Source: a virus (taxonomy: Duplodnaviria; Caudoviricetes). Taken from it: a stretch of DNA of 64,000 nucleotides. Below the pieces are notes generated by a model that did no database searches, was not told the DNA's origin, and was given only the letters and a program-made list of their open reading frames with translations. The stretch is taken from the IMG/VR virus record IMGVR_UViG_3300035698_035303, positions 639 to 64,638 of that record. One strand, 5' to 3'. Positions 22,701-32,793 of this stretch are shown here, one piece after another (the stretch's first letter is position 1; the number at the start of each line of letters is the position of its first letter). Position numbers and translations under genes: made by a program.

Positions 22701-23050
22701 AAGATATGCTTATTGGTTTAGACTGGTTTGGGGACTCACCCGATGCTGGTGATACTACTGTTGGTTTTAAAATTGAATACAAAGCTGTTAATATAGCTGA
22801 TGCATTTACCTTTGGTGCTGGGACAACAACAACTGACGTTGAGGAAGAAACAGTATCATTAGCTGAATCAAATTTGACGGTTCATAATACATTAATTGAA
22901 ATTGACACCGATGATATGACATCTGACAAAATGGCTTTGATTAGGATATTCCGTGACAATACTGTAGCCGCTAATTATTCAAAAGATGTTCGTCTCTTGA
23001 AAGTGTATATTGAATACTCAAGCAATCGTCGTGGTAAATTAATATCTTAA
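19745..23050 (+). CDS. LamG/concanavalin A-like domain virion protein (two lectin-fold domains)
   Basis: FDFDGISTHL..SFWFKT..TLISKG..DDTWVHVALYW..LWVNGEE..IFGAR..LDGSM motif, plus an earlier copy (DNWFHFLAIY..IWINGQR). Confidence 0.8.
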   Translation: MANYPEFNKASIWNALFDSDPSWIKRPALRGLSWYREVLSGSHETQAPSDKLLVGNNDDQVWLIDPVTNQTWMMFKLPDATGDMNILMAAAKTADNVITDAKMLNATLFVTVSGTNGDGLYAIDFLNDSALFFDENGVFQYREPISGRDSGLWSQISSALTGIESGTPTGIEVQAASPPILVYTQETKETFIKWEGIESVCLTLKDATFLFSDAQWIPNTFKPLVFGTIAATGVTEMGIGPIINSDSFVVNTSPIDISDYGEIALFGFNGDLVSGVDRPSLHGYNLIDTIESHASVTYTRNDEISSSDISIMTSTDSRLTMTHIDNDNEPTMRYIDAHSVRPHTYFSIDADILWARFGYPSAEFSNEWGPFGSWIWNDGTTDISTQANDMTYVGAGAVFANLIMPFTGIAGTSDYGHADSDMDFISAGFTLFGSILPQSLTGTQAVFCKYDAGVAAAADEKTFRLYFDGNDLIFNVFDNSVCQAGTDTYLGRKVSDLLTAVTGKIGLDNWFHFLAIYRGNQGDSESSCEIWINGQRMDDTDDENNVANFVEVESTATDISIAADYAAGAADNFAYMTASKVGIKYGPIATNTIARFYEATAFVMPTETGRHYDAYLIPDTFSAGNSSWDETGAGPGNAFFDFDGISTHLVGEGATAAFRPTDGLYTSFWFKTADADASNQTLISKGIARYEIGLGDLAGGAADNFVHVQFNTNAIAGELISSYSVPDDTWVHVALYWSTDEGNVYLWVNGEEDSTAFAGPINNTTADVIFGARDDGAASFENYLDGSMACFRTSIHTEDAEIEVGAITEMVHKEYIDGVRNMGDIYRLVEPLKVELFDNQQTGVITGCSTRTKYLFGADGHIIDADTLADNAEDYSMDLYFNENEDVIIYDDGTRTVNTVTLDSRESIALSERSVLTSVGFENATTPPVETALRSYQVDLSAFNLTITNPPGMTLEDDFTTLDFDPTTDEQVKFAFRIPNDFTPKQDMLIGLDWFGDSPDAGDTTVGFKIEYKAVNIADAFTFGAGTTTTDVEEETVSLAESNLTVHNTLIEIDTDDMTSDKMALIRIFRDNTVAANYSKDVRLLKVYIEYSSNRRGKLIS

Positions 23051-23064
23051 ATAGGTGATTTAAC

Positions 23065-23517
23065 ATGACTGAAGAAGAAAAATTAAAAGAAGAAAATAGG
23101 GATCTAAAAGATAAATATAAGCACGCCAAGAAGATTAGAGACCTTCTTGGCGGCTATGAATCTAATCGCATTCTTAGGGCTATGCTTACGTTGTTTGACG
23201 AATTAGATGAAACTGTTATCTTTATTGGGTCAGAACTTAAAATTAAATGGTTAAATAAATATGCATACGGCATAATAAAAAAATCAGATAGCCCTTTGAA
23301 AAATAGTAAAGATATGGTAGGGATAAAATGCTGGGAATTATTAGGAAATGAAAAACCTTGTGATAATTGTATAGCACTTGAGTCCATGAAAAAAAACGAA
23401 TTGATTAAAAAAGACAATTACGTAGCCCCACTGTCAGGAGGGGAGGCAGAAATAATCGCTATTCCGGTCCCTAATGGGGAACCAGGATGTTTGATTATTT
23501 TAAAATATAAAAAATAG
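23065..23517 (+). CDS. Stand-alone PAS-domain protein with Cys cluster
   Basis: LFDELDETVIFIGSELKIKWLNKYA..MVGIKCWELLGNEKPCDNC..EIIAIPV pattern typical of PAS folds; N-terminal coiled coil; no output domain. Confidence 0.75.
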   Translation: MTEEEKLKEENRDLKDKYKHAKKIRDLLGGYESNRILRAMLTLFDELDETVIFIGSELKIKWLNKYAYGIIKKSDSPLKNSKDMVGIKCWELLGNEKPCDNCIALESMKKNELIKKDNYVAPLSGGEAEIIAIPVPNGEPGCLIILKYKK

Positions 23518-23530
23518 AAGGGGCGTTATT

Positions 23531-23950
23531 ATGTCCGAACATGACCTATTGGAAACTCAAAACTCCACGTTGAAAAATCAAATTAAGCAGCTAGAACGCG
23601 AAGCCCAAGAAGAAAAAATACGGGTTGAAGAAAAATTCAGAGACTTAGTAGAAAAAACTTTAGGCACTTTGAAGAACAAAATTAATGGGTATCCAGAAGA
23701 CAGCGTTCATAAGCTGGAACAAATTGAAAAAAAGCTTGATGAAAAGATTGACGCTTGTTTGAAAATAAAAGAAGAACAGATGCCACCATGGTTAAAGAAA
23801 ATTTTAATTATAGCTGTATCTGCAGTAGCTGTTTCTACTGGTGGACTATTTACAGCATGGCTGAAGTTTTCTGAGTTTGGGAGAATTATGTCTCTACTTT
23901 CTGAGCAGCTCCCTACACTATTTGAACTAATAGAAAAAGCCCCAAAATAA
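23531..23950 (+). CDS. Coiled-coil protein with one transmembrane helix (holin-like candidate)
   Basis: Hydrophobic ILIIAVSAVAVSTGGLFTAWL after a long coiled coil. Confidence 0.5.
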   Translation: MSEHDLLETQNSTLKNQIKQLEREAQEEKIRVEEKFRDLVEKTLGTLKNKINGYPEDSVHKLEQIEKKLDEKIDACLKIKEEQMPPWLKKILIIAVSAVAVSTGGLFTAWLKFSEFGRIMSLLSEQLPTLFELIEKAPK

Positions 23951-23959
23951 AGGTTCGTA

Positions 23960-26900
23960 ATGTCATATATCCATGACCGTTATAATGCAAGGGAGGGGAA
24001 CTTAGTTCGTTTATTTATGAGATTTTATCGTAATGGCGAATTAGTAGACCCTGATAGTTTTGGACCAATAATAATAACTCCTGAAAACAATCAGACAAGT
24101 GTCCTTGTATCATTTAGTGGTCCAATACGTTATGAGACTGGGACTTATTATGTTGAATGGAGAGTCCCATCAACAGATGAAAACAACTCGCATTATGATA
24201 TTCTTTTTGATGAAATTGTTACTAATCAAATGGAACGTAACTTTAGGGACACATGGAACAATATTTCTATTGACGGTCTTATTTTCAATCAACAAGGTAA
24301 TTTGTTTGTCAGAAGTGAAGATGCAATATCAGATTTTGACGCAAACAACCTACTATCGTTTGAGTATACTCTTAAAAGTGCTGAAATACCAAAGGGATCT
24401 CAAGATTATTTAGTATTTCAATGTGGCGAGTTAGATGGTAAGTTAGTTAATGGAGTTACTGGCTGGCCCGACGGTTCGGTATCCATTCGCAAGGATAAAA
24501 GAACTGTCCTTAATTGGACGCCAGCAAATCATTTATCTTCATCAAATCAATATGCTGTTTTCATCGATACTATTGGTATGTCAACAGGGACTTATGAAGC
24601 CCAATTAAAATTTGGTATTAATGAGGATTCGATTGACAAACAAGCAGTTATCACTGGACTAAGGTCGCTTCCTGTAGGTTATCAACCACCACCTGGAACT
24701 AACCAACATTTAGTTTTAGATGTTGACGGACAACTTACAGACATAGAATTTGATAGTAGTGCAACAAGAGGAAAAGTATCTGGTGCCGGAGTTGTTTGGG
24801 GCGTATCCGCAATAGTTGAAGGGGCTGCATTATCGGATGGTATAGTGGTTCTTGATGGTGTTAGTGCTAATATTTTAATTGATGATGTCACTATAACGGT
24901 TGTTTTTTCAGGAGCAAATTTACTTATAAGTGATGTTGTTGGACAAATAAATGCAGCAGCACTTGCTCAATTAGGGTACGCAGTAGTTGAATCGATTTTA
25001 GTATCGTCCCCACCAGCTTATCAAGCTAAAATTAAATTATTTAGTAATTCCAGATCAACTGCAACATCATTTGGGGTATCCCATGTGAGAGTTGTATCAT
25101 CATCAAACCCCGCTGCTTTATTAACAGGAACGGGATTTAATGTAGGTGATGAAGCATACGGAACAGACATAAATCATACAGTCACAACTGGTGACGTAAA
25201 TAGTCATTTGCTTATAAAGGTACAGCCTACAGGAGCAATATCAGAATATCAACATGTTGAAATACCATTTGGGTATTGGACGCCAGCAGAAATTGTTGAT
25301 TTTTTAAATGGCGATGGATCATTTTCTCAAGCGGGTGTTGTAGCGTCTCAATATGCATCAAACCCTGGTATCGATCTTTATCCCGTTGTTGGATTAAGCA
25401 TTGTAGTTGAATCAAATACAGCAACTGCCACAGCGCAGGAAACTTGTACATTTACAGAAGTTGCTTCCCCAGCCACCGGGACTTTAACCCAAACCCAAAT
25501 TATTACTCAGCTCAGATCTCAGCTTACTATTTTGGGAACTGGCTCATTAACGATGGTTGTTGATAATATAACTTTTACATTCGGAGCACCTCCTGTAGCT
25601 AATTATTTTCTTCGTTTTAGATCAAGTGTTGTGGGAGCATCATCGACTATTACTATAATAAGTGGGAATGCATTACCAACTCTCGGATTTATAGAAGGTC
25701 AGGGTTCCCAAGGTGGTGACCCTATTATTGGGGCTACAGTCTCATTATTAGGCGATGGGCGTTTGCAATTTATTGGGGATACAGCAGGGGCGTCTAGTGA
25801 ATTACAAATTGGCCCATTAAGTGATGGAAGTACAGCAAACGAATTTCTTGGATTCTCAACAGTTGGGACATCTTTAGAACCCGGGAGTGACGCAGGGTCA
25901 GCATTAATTAATGGCGAAACAGGTATCTTAGAACCATTTGCTATAGTTGCCAGTACATCAGCACAATTAACAAGCGATGTTCAACCTGCTCCTGGTTGGA
26001 ACATAGGTGGCAAAAACTTAAAGCTTAAAGTTGACAATACAACATTTACTACTAATTTTATAGAGGGGTCCACAAGCGCAACAATTATTGGCGCATTAAC
26101 CCTGCTATCGGTAAACTTTAATGAGGATCATAAATTTTATTATACTCCTTTAGCAGGAAACCCAGAAGCAGGACGTATTTACTCAAACAGAGGACGTTTT
26201 GAGATTGAGTTAAGTGGTTCCTCCGGCATATATTTTGAGCAAAGTCCAGGTATTATGGCAACTGAACCAGTTGCTGTTATGCCAACTGAAACTTATCAGT
26301 CATGTAGTTGCTATGTTGATGGGGCTACAATATCAGGTGTCTTTGGAACAACAAGTACATTAACTGGTGGAACGTCTAGTTCACAAGCTGTTTTGAAAAG
26401 AGTTTTGTTTGCTATGACCGCTGGGATGAATGATAGATTTTTGATTTCAGGTGGCGTCCCAACTACAAATGGTGGATTTACTGGTGGTGGAACCCCCGAA
26501 GCTATTTCAAGTAGCTCAGGTGGTACAGGAATAATCTCATCTGGAAATGTCCACGATGAGATGAATTGGTTTCTCGCTGCAGTAAAAGTAACTGCCCCAA
26601 TCGGAACAATAAGACCTTACATAGCTGGAACAGTTTTAGCTGGTTCTGGTAGTGCAACGGGTGTTGTACAACATGATTATTATACAGGTCCTGGCTTGTC
26701 AGAGTGGATGACATTAAAATCTTATGGAAACCCATTTGTTGTTGGTGGGACATTATGGGCTGGCGTTGATTTAGCAAGTGCAGTTGATCAATGGTTACCA
26801 AATTCAGATAGTTTTACTTTAGACTCATCTGACTTAACTGATAATAAAATGATTATTCAATTGAATAGTGGGGCTGATAGGACTGTTGATTTTGATGTAT

Positions 26901-29900
26901 CTTTGAATCCATGGCCAGTATCAAATGTCGTTAGCCGTATTAATAGCGTATTGTCATCATATGGCGATCAGGGAAGAGCTGAGTATACTGGCGGAGCAAT
27001 AAAATTAGAAAGTGACATAACTGGTCCAACATCTCAATTAGCTTTACAAAATGGTTGTAATGGGTCAGGCGCGAATATACCATTAGGACATGAGGCAGCA
27101 CCTGTACATTTTGAATTAATGTTACCCGCTGTTGACCCTGATTTACGTATAGCATCTTTTGTCCTTACAACAGGGTTAGAAGAAGTTTGGGCAGCAAGAC
27201 AAGGTATTGCTGGCCTTCCAATGCTTGGAACAGCATCAGCAGCACAAGGGGAAATACTTGATATTCATTATTTCCAAAGTGATTTAGCAACTACAGAATA
27301 TTTAATTTTATATAGATGGGATAATGCAACTGCACCAGTCATACCTGGAGAAAATTTCACTGTGGGTGGATCGTCAATCGGTAATTTAATAAATGATCTT
27401 AGCCGTGTTGACCCCGCTACTCCTTCCACTTACCCACGTGTAGGAGATAAACTAGGTGAAATACTCTGGTGGGATGTTGGTGGTGGCTTACCTTATAATA
27501 CGACTTTTGCATCGGGCTTTGTTCAATCCTTCAATATTGTATCAGGCGATTTGGACTTAGCCATTTATGCGGATGTTCCTCCGTCAGCTATAGCGGGAGG
27601 AGTTCTTATTGATTCTGCTATTGGATACTGGTATCCAATTAATGCGGTTGACTTGTACGCCATAACATCCACTGGTGCAGTTACATTACTTTCATCTATA
27701 GAAGTTGCAAATCAAATTAATAGTGAGGCGGTAGCTTCTGGCTTAAATTATAGTCCAGCAAGCGTAAGTGGAACAGACGAAGTAATTCTTACAAGTCAAA
27801 TCGCTGGCCGGTCAAGTTGCACGCTTATATGGGATAGTACAAATAACGCCCATAGCGACCTTGGATTTTATAAAGATATGCAACAATTAGCTGCATATGA
27901 AACAGATATTACGAATCTTAATAGTTGGGGAACATCTATTTTAAATTTCTTAGATGGACGTTATGTCGCGCCAAATCAAGATCGTGCTACTGTTAATAAA
28001 ATACGAAACGCTGGTGGTACGTTAGTTGCATGGGATGTGACTTTTGGTAGCTTTACAACGTTAGATCCATGGCCAATGACACTTACCCTTTGGGAAGATA
28101 CTGGAGCTGGTACTCATACAAATGGTGCAGTTGCTGGTAGTGATTGGGGCTATGGTTCTGTTGGCATTGATGGTAATGACCTTTTTGGTGTAATATTAAA
28201 CGGAAATACAAGTATCGTTCAAGTATCCCCAACTGCCACGACTTATACGGCATTAGCTTCGTCTTTAAACTCTTTAGTTGGCGGATTAGCTGCTGGTTCG
28301 ACTGGTGGATCAAATCCGGAATTAAATCTTGAGACAGTAAGCTCAGGGACATCAGCATCATTGCTTATATTAAGTGATCTGGGGACTTGCGTTGCTGAAT
28401 CATTTGGTTGGGGAAGTACAAGGCTATGGCTAAATGATGCTAGTGGTAGCGCGGTTGGTGCGGGTGACGTTTTATATGATTCATCTGATCCTAATTGGGC
28501 TGCTTATATTATGCGCGATGAAAGTGCTTTTACTCTTAACATGAGTAAACCTTATACAAATCTCCCAAGTCTTACCGTGTTAACAAGTTATTTAACAGGT
28601 AATATCGTTAATACATCAGTTATACCTATGAATCCAGTTGCTCAATGGAATTTTGCTGGAGTAAGTGGCGGATTAGCTGTAGCTGCATCAGTATTATTTA
28701 CACCAACAACCGACTCATTACAATTGTTTACAAGTAATGGCGAGGAAACAAATATTAGATTTTGTGATTGGAGTGTTACAGCTTCAACATTTATCGATAC
28801 AGTTAAAACCCCAACAGAAATAGTAACTCATTTAAACAAACCACGGGTTGGCTTGGATGCATTACCAGTTGTATGGCCAGGACTATTAGCTGAAGATTAT
28901 TTTATTATTGATTCTACAACTGGTTGTGGTGCAATAATAGAAGATTTTGAAGGTCAACATACAGTTAGGCTTAAAGGGCAGGTCATTCGTCGATTTAATA
29001 TTACGAATGGAGGTAGCCCAAACATTGGGGCATTTGTTGTTGGGGATCAAGTTACATGGACACACGCAACTGTTTTGCAATACGGTTGGGTAGTAAGTAT
29101 AACAGGAGCAGGAACACCAAACGGTGAAATGATAGTTTTATCTGACCCAAGTTCAACAACTATTTCGCCTGCAATAGGTGACGGAATTATTAATAGAGTT
29201 TTAGCCGCAGGAACTGACGCAACAATATCAACAGTTATTACTGACGCTGGAGTTCGTTTCGGATTTTCAAACCTTGTTGAAGTTTATCAAATTGACGGAA
29301 ATAGTGAATATAAAATCCCGATTTATACCGTTGCTAATAATATTAGAACAACCCACGTCCCTTATGAATATACTGCATCATTAGACGCAGGTGTTTTAGT
29401 TATAACCGATAATATGTTCGCAGGTATAGCACCTGATACACTAGCAGCAGTATACCTTGGGTCAATTAGAGTTAGCTCAACTTCCGCATCATCAGCATGG
29501 TATAATCTTGGTCTTGATGCTGGTTATGCAAATATTGGGTTATATGAAAGAATTGGTGGTGGTCATAATTATGCAGGTCCAACATTTGGTCCAATTGCTT
29601 ATGGTTTAGCATCATCTCCCCCTATACTTACAGCAACAACTCCATTAACAACCGATTGGATATTATCTGTTACAAATTCGATCTTACAATCTAGGTTGGA
29701 CGGGGATATAGGAACTTGGAAAGAGTTAGACCTCAACGGAGGAACTGACCCAGTTTATAGAACATTATGGGATATAATTGACAGAATAAATGGTATGGGT
29801 ATAATAGTTGGACATATCACATATCCCGTTGTATTTCCATTAACATACGGCGATTTGAAATTAAGAATAGACCAATCTCAGGATGTAACAGTCAACTTTG

Positions 29901-30661
29901 GGGTTACTCCACAAGAATATACTTTGGATGAAATAGTATCAACAATTAACGCTGCTTTTGAAAACCAATTGAACTTGGTGGCACCTTTCTGGCCATTAGA
30001 CGAACTGCCAGTTGCTTATAACTGGGAAGGAAATCTTCTTATTATGTCAGGACGTATTGGGATAACATACCCAAGCGAAATAAAGCTTTATAGTATGAGC
30101 GAAAGTAGCAAGGCAAACGGTTGGTTAGGCCTTCCTGTTTGTGGCGCAGTTTCAACGGCAGTTGGGGATCCAATGTTTGCATCAGCAGTTATCGGACAAG
30201 ATTTAGACGGTATAGCTTATGCGTCTGATTGGATAGCAAATAGTGCACAACTTGTTATTTCATCCGTTCGTGTTCAAACAAGTCAAAATGATAGTGCTGT
30301 TGAAATAAATTCTGTTAGTGGTGGGAGTACATCAAACTCTTTATTGGGATTTAACATAGATGGCGTTGGCCCTATTTTTGGTAATCTTGGTGACACCGTA
30401 TTTGAGATCACAGGGACAGGTGGAGTTGTCGAAAAAATAAATGCAGCTTTTGGTGGTTTAGTAGTTGCGGATGCAGCTGGTAATAATCTAAGGCTGACTA
30501 GCTTAAACTCAGGTGTTAGTGGCTATATTCAAATTATGCCTGAAACAACTTGGGATTTCCAATCTAAATTCGGTATTGGACCCCAAAAAGTATACGGAAC
30601 TTCATTGATAACGGTTTCGCAAGTTGTCGCTTCTCCATGGTTGATTTTTAAGGTATTATAA
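23960..30661 (+). CDS. Giant repeat-rich virion protein (2233 aa)
   Basis: Multiple copies of LxIxVD..F..[ED]IV..IN..LxLxSxxxGxxSxIxI..A..LGF; Ig-like N-terminus; Gly/Ser/Thr-rich. Confidence 0.7.
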   Translation: MSYIHDRYNAREGNLVRLFMRFYRNGELVDPDSFGPIIITPENNQTSVLVSFSGPIRYETGTYYVEWRVPSTDENNSHYDILFDEIVTNQMERNFRDTWNNISIDGLIFNQQGNLFVRSEDAISDFDANNLLSFEYTLKSAEIPKGSQDYLVFQCGELDGKLVNGVTGWPDGSVSIRKDKRTVLNWTPANHLSSSNQYAVFIDTIGMSTGTYEAQLKFGINEDSIDKQAVITGLRSLPVGYQPPPGTNQHLVLDVDGQLTDIEFDSSATRGKVSGAGVVWGVSAIVEGAALSDGIVVLDGVSANILIDDVTITVVFSGANLLISDVVGQINAAALAQLGYAVVESILVSSPPAYQAKIKLFSNSRSTATSFGVSHVRVVSSSNPAALLTGTGFNVGDEAYGTDINHTVTTGDVNSHLLIKVQPTGAISEYQHVEIPFGYWTPAEIVDFLNGDGSFSQAGVVASQYASNPGIDLYPVVGLSIVVESNTATATAQETCTFTEVASPATGTLTQTQIITQLRSQLTILGTGSLTMVVDNITFTFGAPPVANYFLRFRSSVVGASSTITIISGNALPTLGFIEGQGSQGGDPIIGATVSLLGDGRLQFIGDTAGASSELQIGPLSDGSTANEFLGFSTVGTSLEPGSDAGSALINGETGILEPFAIVASTSAQLTSDVQPAPGWNIGGKNLKLKVDNTTFTTNFIEGSTSATIIGALTLLSVNFNEDHKFYYTPLAGNPEAGRIYSNRGRFEIELSGSSGIYFEQSPGIMATEPVAVMPTETYQSCSCYVDGATISGVFGTTSTLTGGTSSSQAVLKRVLFAMTAGMNDRFLISGGVPTTNGGFTGGGTPEAISSSSGGTGIISSGNVHDEMNWFLAAVKVTAPIGTIRPYIAGTVLAGSGSATGVVQHDYYTGPGLSEWMTLKSYGNPFVVGGTLWAGVDLASAVDQWLPNSDSFTLDSSDLTDNKMIIQLNSGADRTVDFDVSLNPWPVSNVVSRINSVLSSYGDQGRAEYTGGAIKLESDITGPTSQLALQNGCNGSGANIPLGHEAAPVHFELMLPAVDPDLRIASFVLTTGLEEVWAARQGIAGLPMLGTASAAQGEILDIHYFQSDLATTEYLILYRWDNATAPVIPGENFTVGGSSIGNLINDLSRVDPATPSTYPRVGDKLGEILWWDVGGGLPYNTTFASGFVQSFNIVSGDLDLAIYADVPPSAIAGGVLIDSAIGYWYPINAVDLYAITSTGAVTLLSSIEVANQINSEAVASGLNYSPASVSGTDEVILTSQIAGRSSCTLIWDSTNNAHSDLGFYKDMQQLAAYETDITNLNSWGTSILNFLDGRYVAPNQDRATVNKIRNAGGTLVAWDVTFGSFTTLDPWPMTLTLWEDTGAGTHTNGAVAGSDWGYGSVGIDGNDLFGVILNGNTSIVQVSPTATTYTALASSLNSLVGGLAAGSTGGSNPELNLETVSSGTSASLLILSDLGTCVAESFGWGSTRLWLNDASGSAVGAGDVLYDSSDPNWAAYIMRDESAFTLNMSKPYTNLPSLTVLTSYLTGNIVNTSVIPMNPVAQWNFAGVSGGLAVAASVLFTPTTDSLQLFTSNGEETNIRFCDWSVTASTFIDTVKTPTEIVTHLNKPRVGLDALPVVWPGLLAEDYFIIDSTTGCGAIIEDFEGQHTVRLKGQVIRRFNITNGGSPNIGAFVVGDQVTWTHATVLQYGWVVSITGAGTPNGEMIVLSDPSSTTISPAIGDGIINRVLAAGTDATISTVITDAGVRFGFSNLVEVYQIDGNSEYKIPIYTVANNIRTTHVPYEYTASLDAGVLVITDNMFAGIAPDTLAAVYLGSIRVSSTSASSAWYNLGLDAGYANIGLYERIGGGHNYAGPTFGPIAYGLASSPPILTATTPLTTDWILSVTNSILQSRLDGDIGTWKELDLNGGTDPVYRTLWDIIDRINGMGIIVGHITYPVVFPLTYGDLKLRIDQSQDVTVNFGVTPQEYTLDEIVSTINAAFENQLNLVAPFWPLDELPVAYNWEGNLLIMSGRIGITYPSEIKLYSMSESSKANGWLGLPVCGAVSTAVGDPMFASAVIGQDLDGIAYASDWIANSAQLVISSVRVQTSQNDSAVEINSVSGGSTSNSLLGFNIDGVGPIFGNLGDTVFEITGTGGVVEKINAAFGGLVVADAAGNNLRLTSLNSGVSGYIQIMPETTWDFQSKFGIGPQKVYGTSLITVSQVVASPWLIFKVL

Positions 30662-30663
30662 TA

Positions 30664-31155
30664 ATGCAAAGGAACCAACAACATGCACAGGGTATTATCG
30701 ACAAAGCCTATGAGGACGAAACATGCCTTGCTTCGGAGCGAGAACAGCATGAAAAAAGTTTTATCGACAGCCAGCAGATTGAAGAAACGTGTCTCGAAGG
30801 AGGAGAAATGTCTTATAGACAAACACAATGGGATATCGCACGCTCAGCACAAAAGTTGTTCATAGTAAATCTTGAAAACGAAGAAGATGTTAGCGCAGCG
30901 AGAAGTATTACTATGACAGTTAAAAGTGTTGCAAGTGACCCAGATAGCCAAATAATTTATCAAAAAAGTTACGATCAAATAGAATCAGATTTAACTAAAG
31001 GTAAAATTATTTTTAAATTTGTACCAGCTGATACAAAAGATTTAGAACCAATGACGTATTGGTTTGATATATGGGTAGAGATGACTACAGACGAAAGATA
31101 CCAAATAGTAATAGGAACTATAGGAGTTCGTAAAAATGTGTGGAGGAAATTCTAA
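30664..31155 (+). CDS. BppU-like (baseplate upper protein N-domain-like) protein; alternative start 30808
   Basis: ITMTVK..KGKIIFKFVPADTKDL...YWFDIWV..GTIGV pattern; strong AAGGAGGAG before ATG 30808. Confidence 0.6.
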   Translation: MQRNQQHAQGIIDKAYEDETCLASEREQHEKSFIDSQQIEETCLEGGEMSYRQTQWDIARSAQKLFIVNLENEEDVSAARSITMTVKSVASDPDSQIIYQKSYDQIESDLTKGKIIFKFVPADTKDLEPMTYWFDIWVEMTTDERYQIVIGTIGVRKNVWRKF

Positions 31156-31156
31156 G

Positions 31157-31375
31157 ATGACAACTGTTGATGAGTCTATCAAATTGCATATGAAAGTTTT
31201 AGTAGAGGATGCATCAGATTATTTAGATCGTTTTAATTTCCCTGATAGATGGAGGGATTTATCAAAGTTATCTAACATTAAGAAAATTATTAAATATCTT
31301 GAAAAATTGTCTCCTAGTTACCCAGAAAGAAATAAAGCATTGGCAGCAGTACGCTCTATTGAGGACAGACTATAA
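31157..31375 (+). CDS. Hypothetical protein
   Basis: GGAGG before ATG 31157; coupled to the next gene. Confidence 0.55.
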   Translation: MTTVDESIKLHMKVLVEDASDYLDRFNFPDRWRDLSKLSNIKKIIKYLEKLSPSYPERNKALAAVRSIEDRL

Positions 31376-31935
31376 TGGCAAATTACTTTGATGAATTAAC
31401 TGTGTCAAGTGCTGTTAGGGAGTTTCAAGCAACACATGACTCATCTGTTATAAATCCTTATACTAAGCAATTTCAAGACCTTATTAAAGGAGTTATCAAT
31501 CGTCATCAAATTCATAGATTCTGGGACAATACTGCGGAGTTAGAACAAGAAGGTTATAGGACAGTCCTTGAATGTATTTTGCGCTTTGATGCTACAATGG
31601 GGTCAAAACTATTCAGTTATTTATCTTTAGCAGTTAAATGGAGTCTTATAAATTTTACGTCTGGCCATAATAAACGAGCATATAAAGAAACAGAAATAAA
31701 TGACGATGTATGTCAAATAGAAGATAAACCTAAGTCACCTATGTGTGGAATTAATTTAGCTTGTGGTAAATGTGACGGAGAATTTCTAATTATATGTAAA
31801 AAATTAGAAAAGTCACTATATGACGGGATAACCCATGAATCTGATTTAATATCTTCAGTCATGGATGAGTTACCCCACACAGAGGGGCGTATAAAATATA
31901 TTTTAAGTTGTATGAGGAAAAATTGTGTGCAATAA
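31375..31935 (+). CDS. Sigma-70 region-2-like factor (candidate late sigma)
   Basis: ELEQEGYRTVLECILRFDATMGSKLFSYLSLAVK resembles sigma region 2 (DLxQEG..RFD..G.KFSTYA). Confidence 0.7.
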   Translation: MANYFDELTVSSAVREFQATHDSSVINPYTKQFQDLIKGVINRHQIHRFWDNTAELEQEGYRTVLECILRFDATMGSKLFSYLSLAVKWSLINFTSGHNKRAYKETEINDDVCQIEDKPKSPMCGINLACGKCDGEFLIICKKLEKSLYDGITHESDLISSVMDELPHTEGRIKYILSCMRKNCVQ

Positions 31936-32362
31936 AGACGAAAAGCTTATTAAATTACCAAGTTTAAGTGGTAAAACTAGAGTTAAGAATAGTGAGCCTA
32001 TTTCATTAACTGGCGATCGAACTATGGACTCATTGATTGGTCAATTACTTGAGCAATTAAGTGGGGACAGGGATGAAGCAGATGATCTTTATGAACAAGT
32101 AAAAGAATTATCTGAAAACCAGCCAGATAACGCACAAATGCAGAATGCGGCTATATCCGCACTTAAATTAAAGAATACAACAACACAAGGTGCCACAAAA
32201 TTAGTTGAGATGGCAGCACGAATTAAAATGTCAAATAACCGTAGAAGTGGATTCAAAAATTCACGCAGTGTTAATGCTGGTGACAATAAAGAAGATGAAA
32301 ACATTTTAGATATTATTAATGATAGTAACGACGAAGAGGAGGATAATAATGAGACTTGCTGA
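31925..32362 (+). CDS. Helical hypothetical protein, possible terminase small subunit
   Basis: Helical core with acidic tail, near terL; assignment is positional only. Confidence 0.35.
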   Translation: MCNKDEKLIKLPSLSGKTRVKNSEPISLTGDRTMDSLIGQLLEQLSGDRDEADDLYEQVKELSENQPDNAQMQNAAISALKLKNTTTQGATKLVEMAARIKMSNNRRSGFKNSRSVNAGDNKEDENILDIINDSNDEEEDNNETC

Positions 32363-32783
32363 TGTTGTGAGTATTTCACATCCTGCTCTAAGAAATGCCT
32401 TTCCAACAATGATGGATACTATGTCTACATTATATGGTGGACAAGCCCATTTGTTCCTACAAGGAAAAGGTGCCTATCCATCTGATTTTACAATAAGTTT
32501 TGATGGACAATCAAATGATCCAAAAACAGGCGAGCCTCGCCCAGGTATTTTATATTTTTTAGAACAATTAATAAGTAAAAAACGTAATTTATCTGATATG
32601 AATAGTAGAGAAAAAGTTATTGCTGATCAACTCAGTCAAATGGGTTTAGTTGATATAAAAGATGGAAAAGTTTCTATAGCTGAAACTGGTAAAATTTACT
32701 TACATAGATTCCTTGAGCGTATGAGTGATTTGAGATCATTTAACCAACAATGGGGAACCGGCTCTGTATGGGGTGCAAAATAA
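32349..32783 (+). CDS. Hypothetical protein, possible winged-helix C-terminus
   Basis: GAGGAGG before ATG 32349; LSQMGLVDIKDGKVSIAETGK resembles a wHTH wing. Confidence 0.5.
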   Translation: MRLADVVSISHPALRNAFPTMMDTMSTLYGGQAHLFLQGKGAYPSDFTISFDGQSNDPKTGEPRPGILYFLEQLISKKRNLSDMNSREKVIADQLSQMGLVDIKDGKVSIAETGKIYLHRFLERMSDLRSFNQQWGTGSVWGAK

Positions 32784-32793
32784 GGAGAACGTT

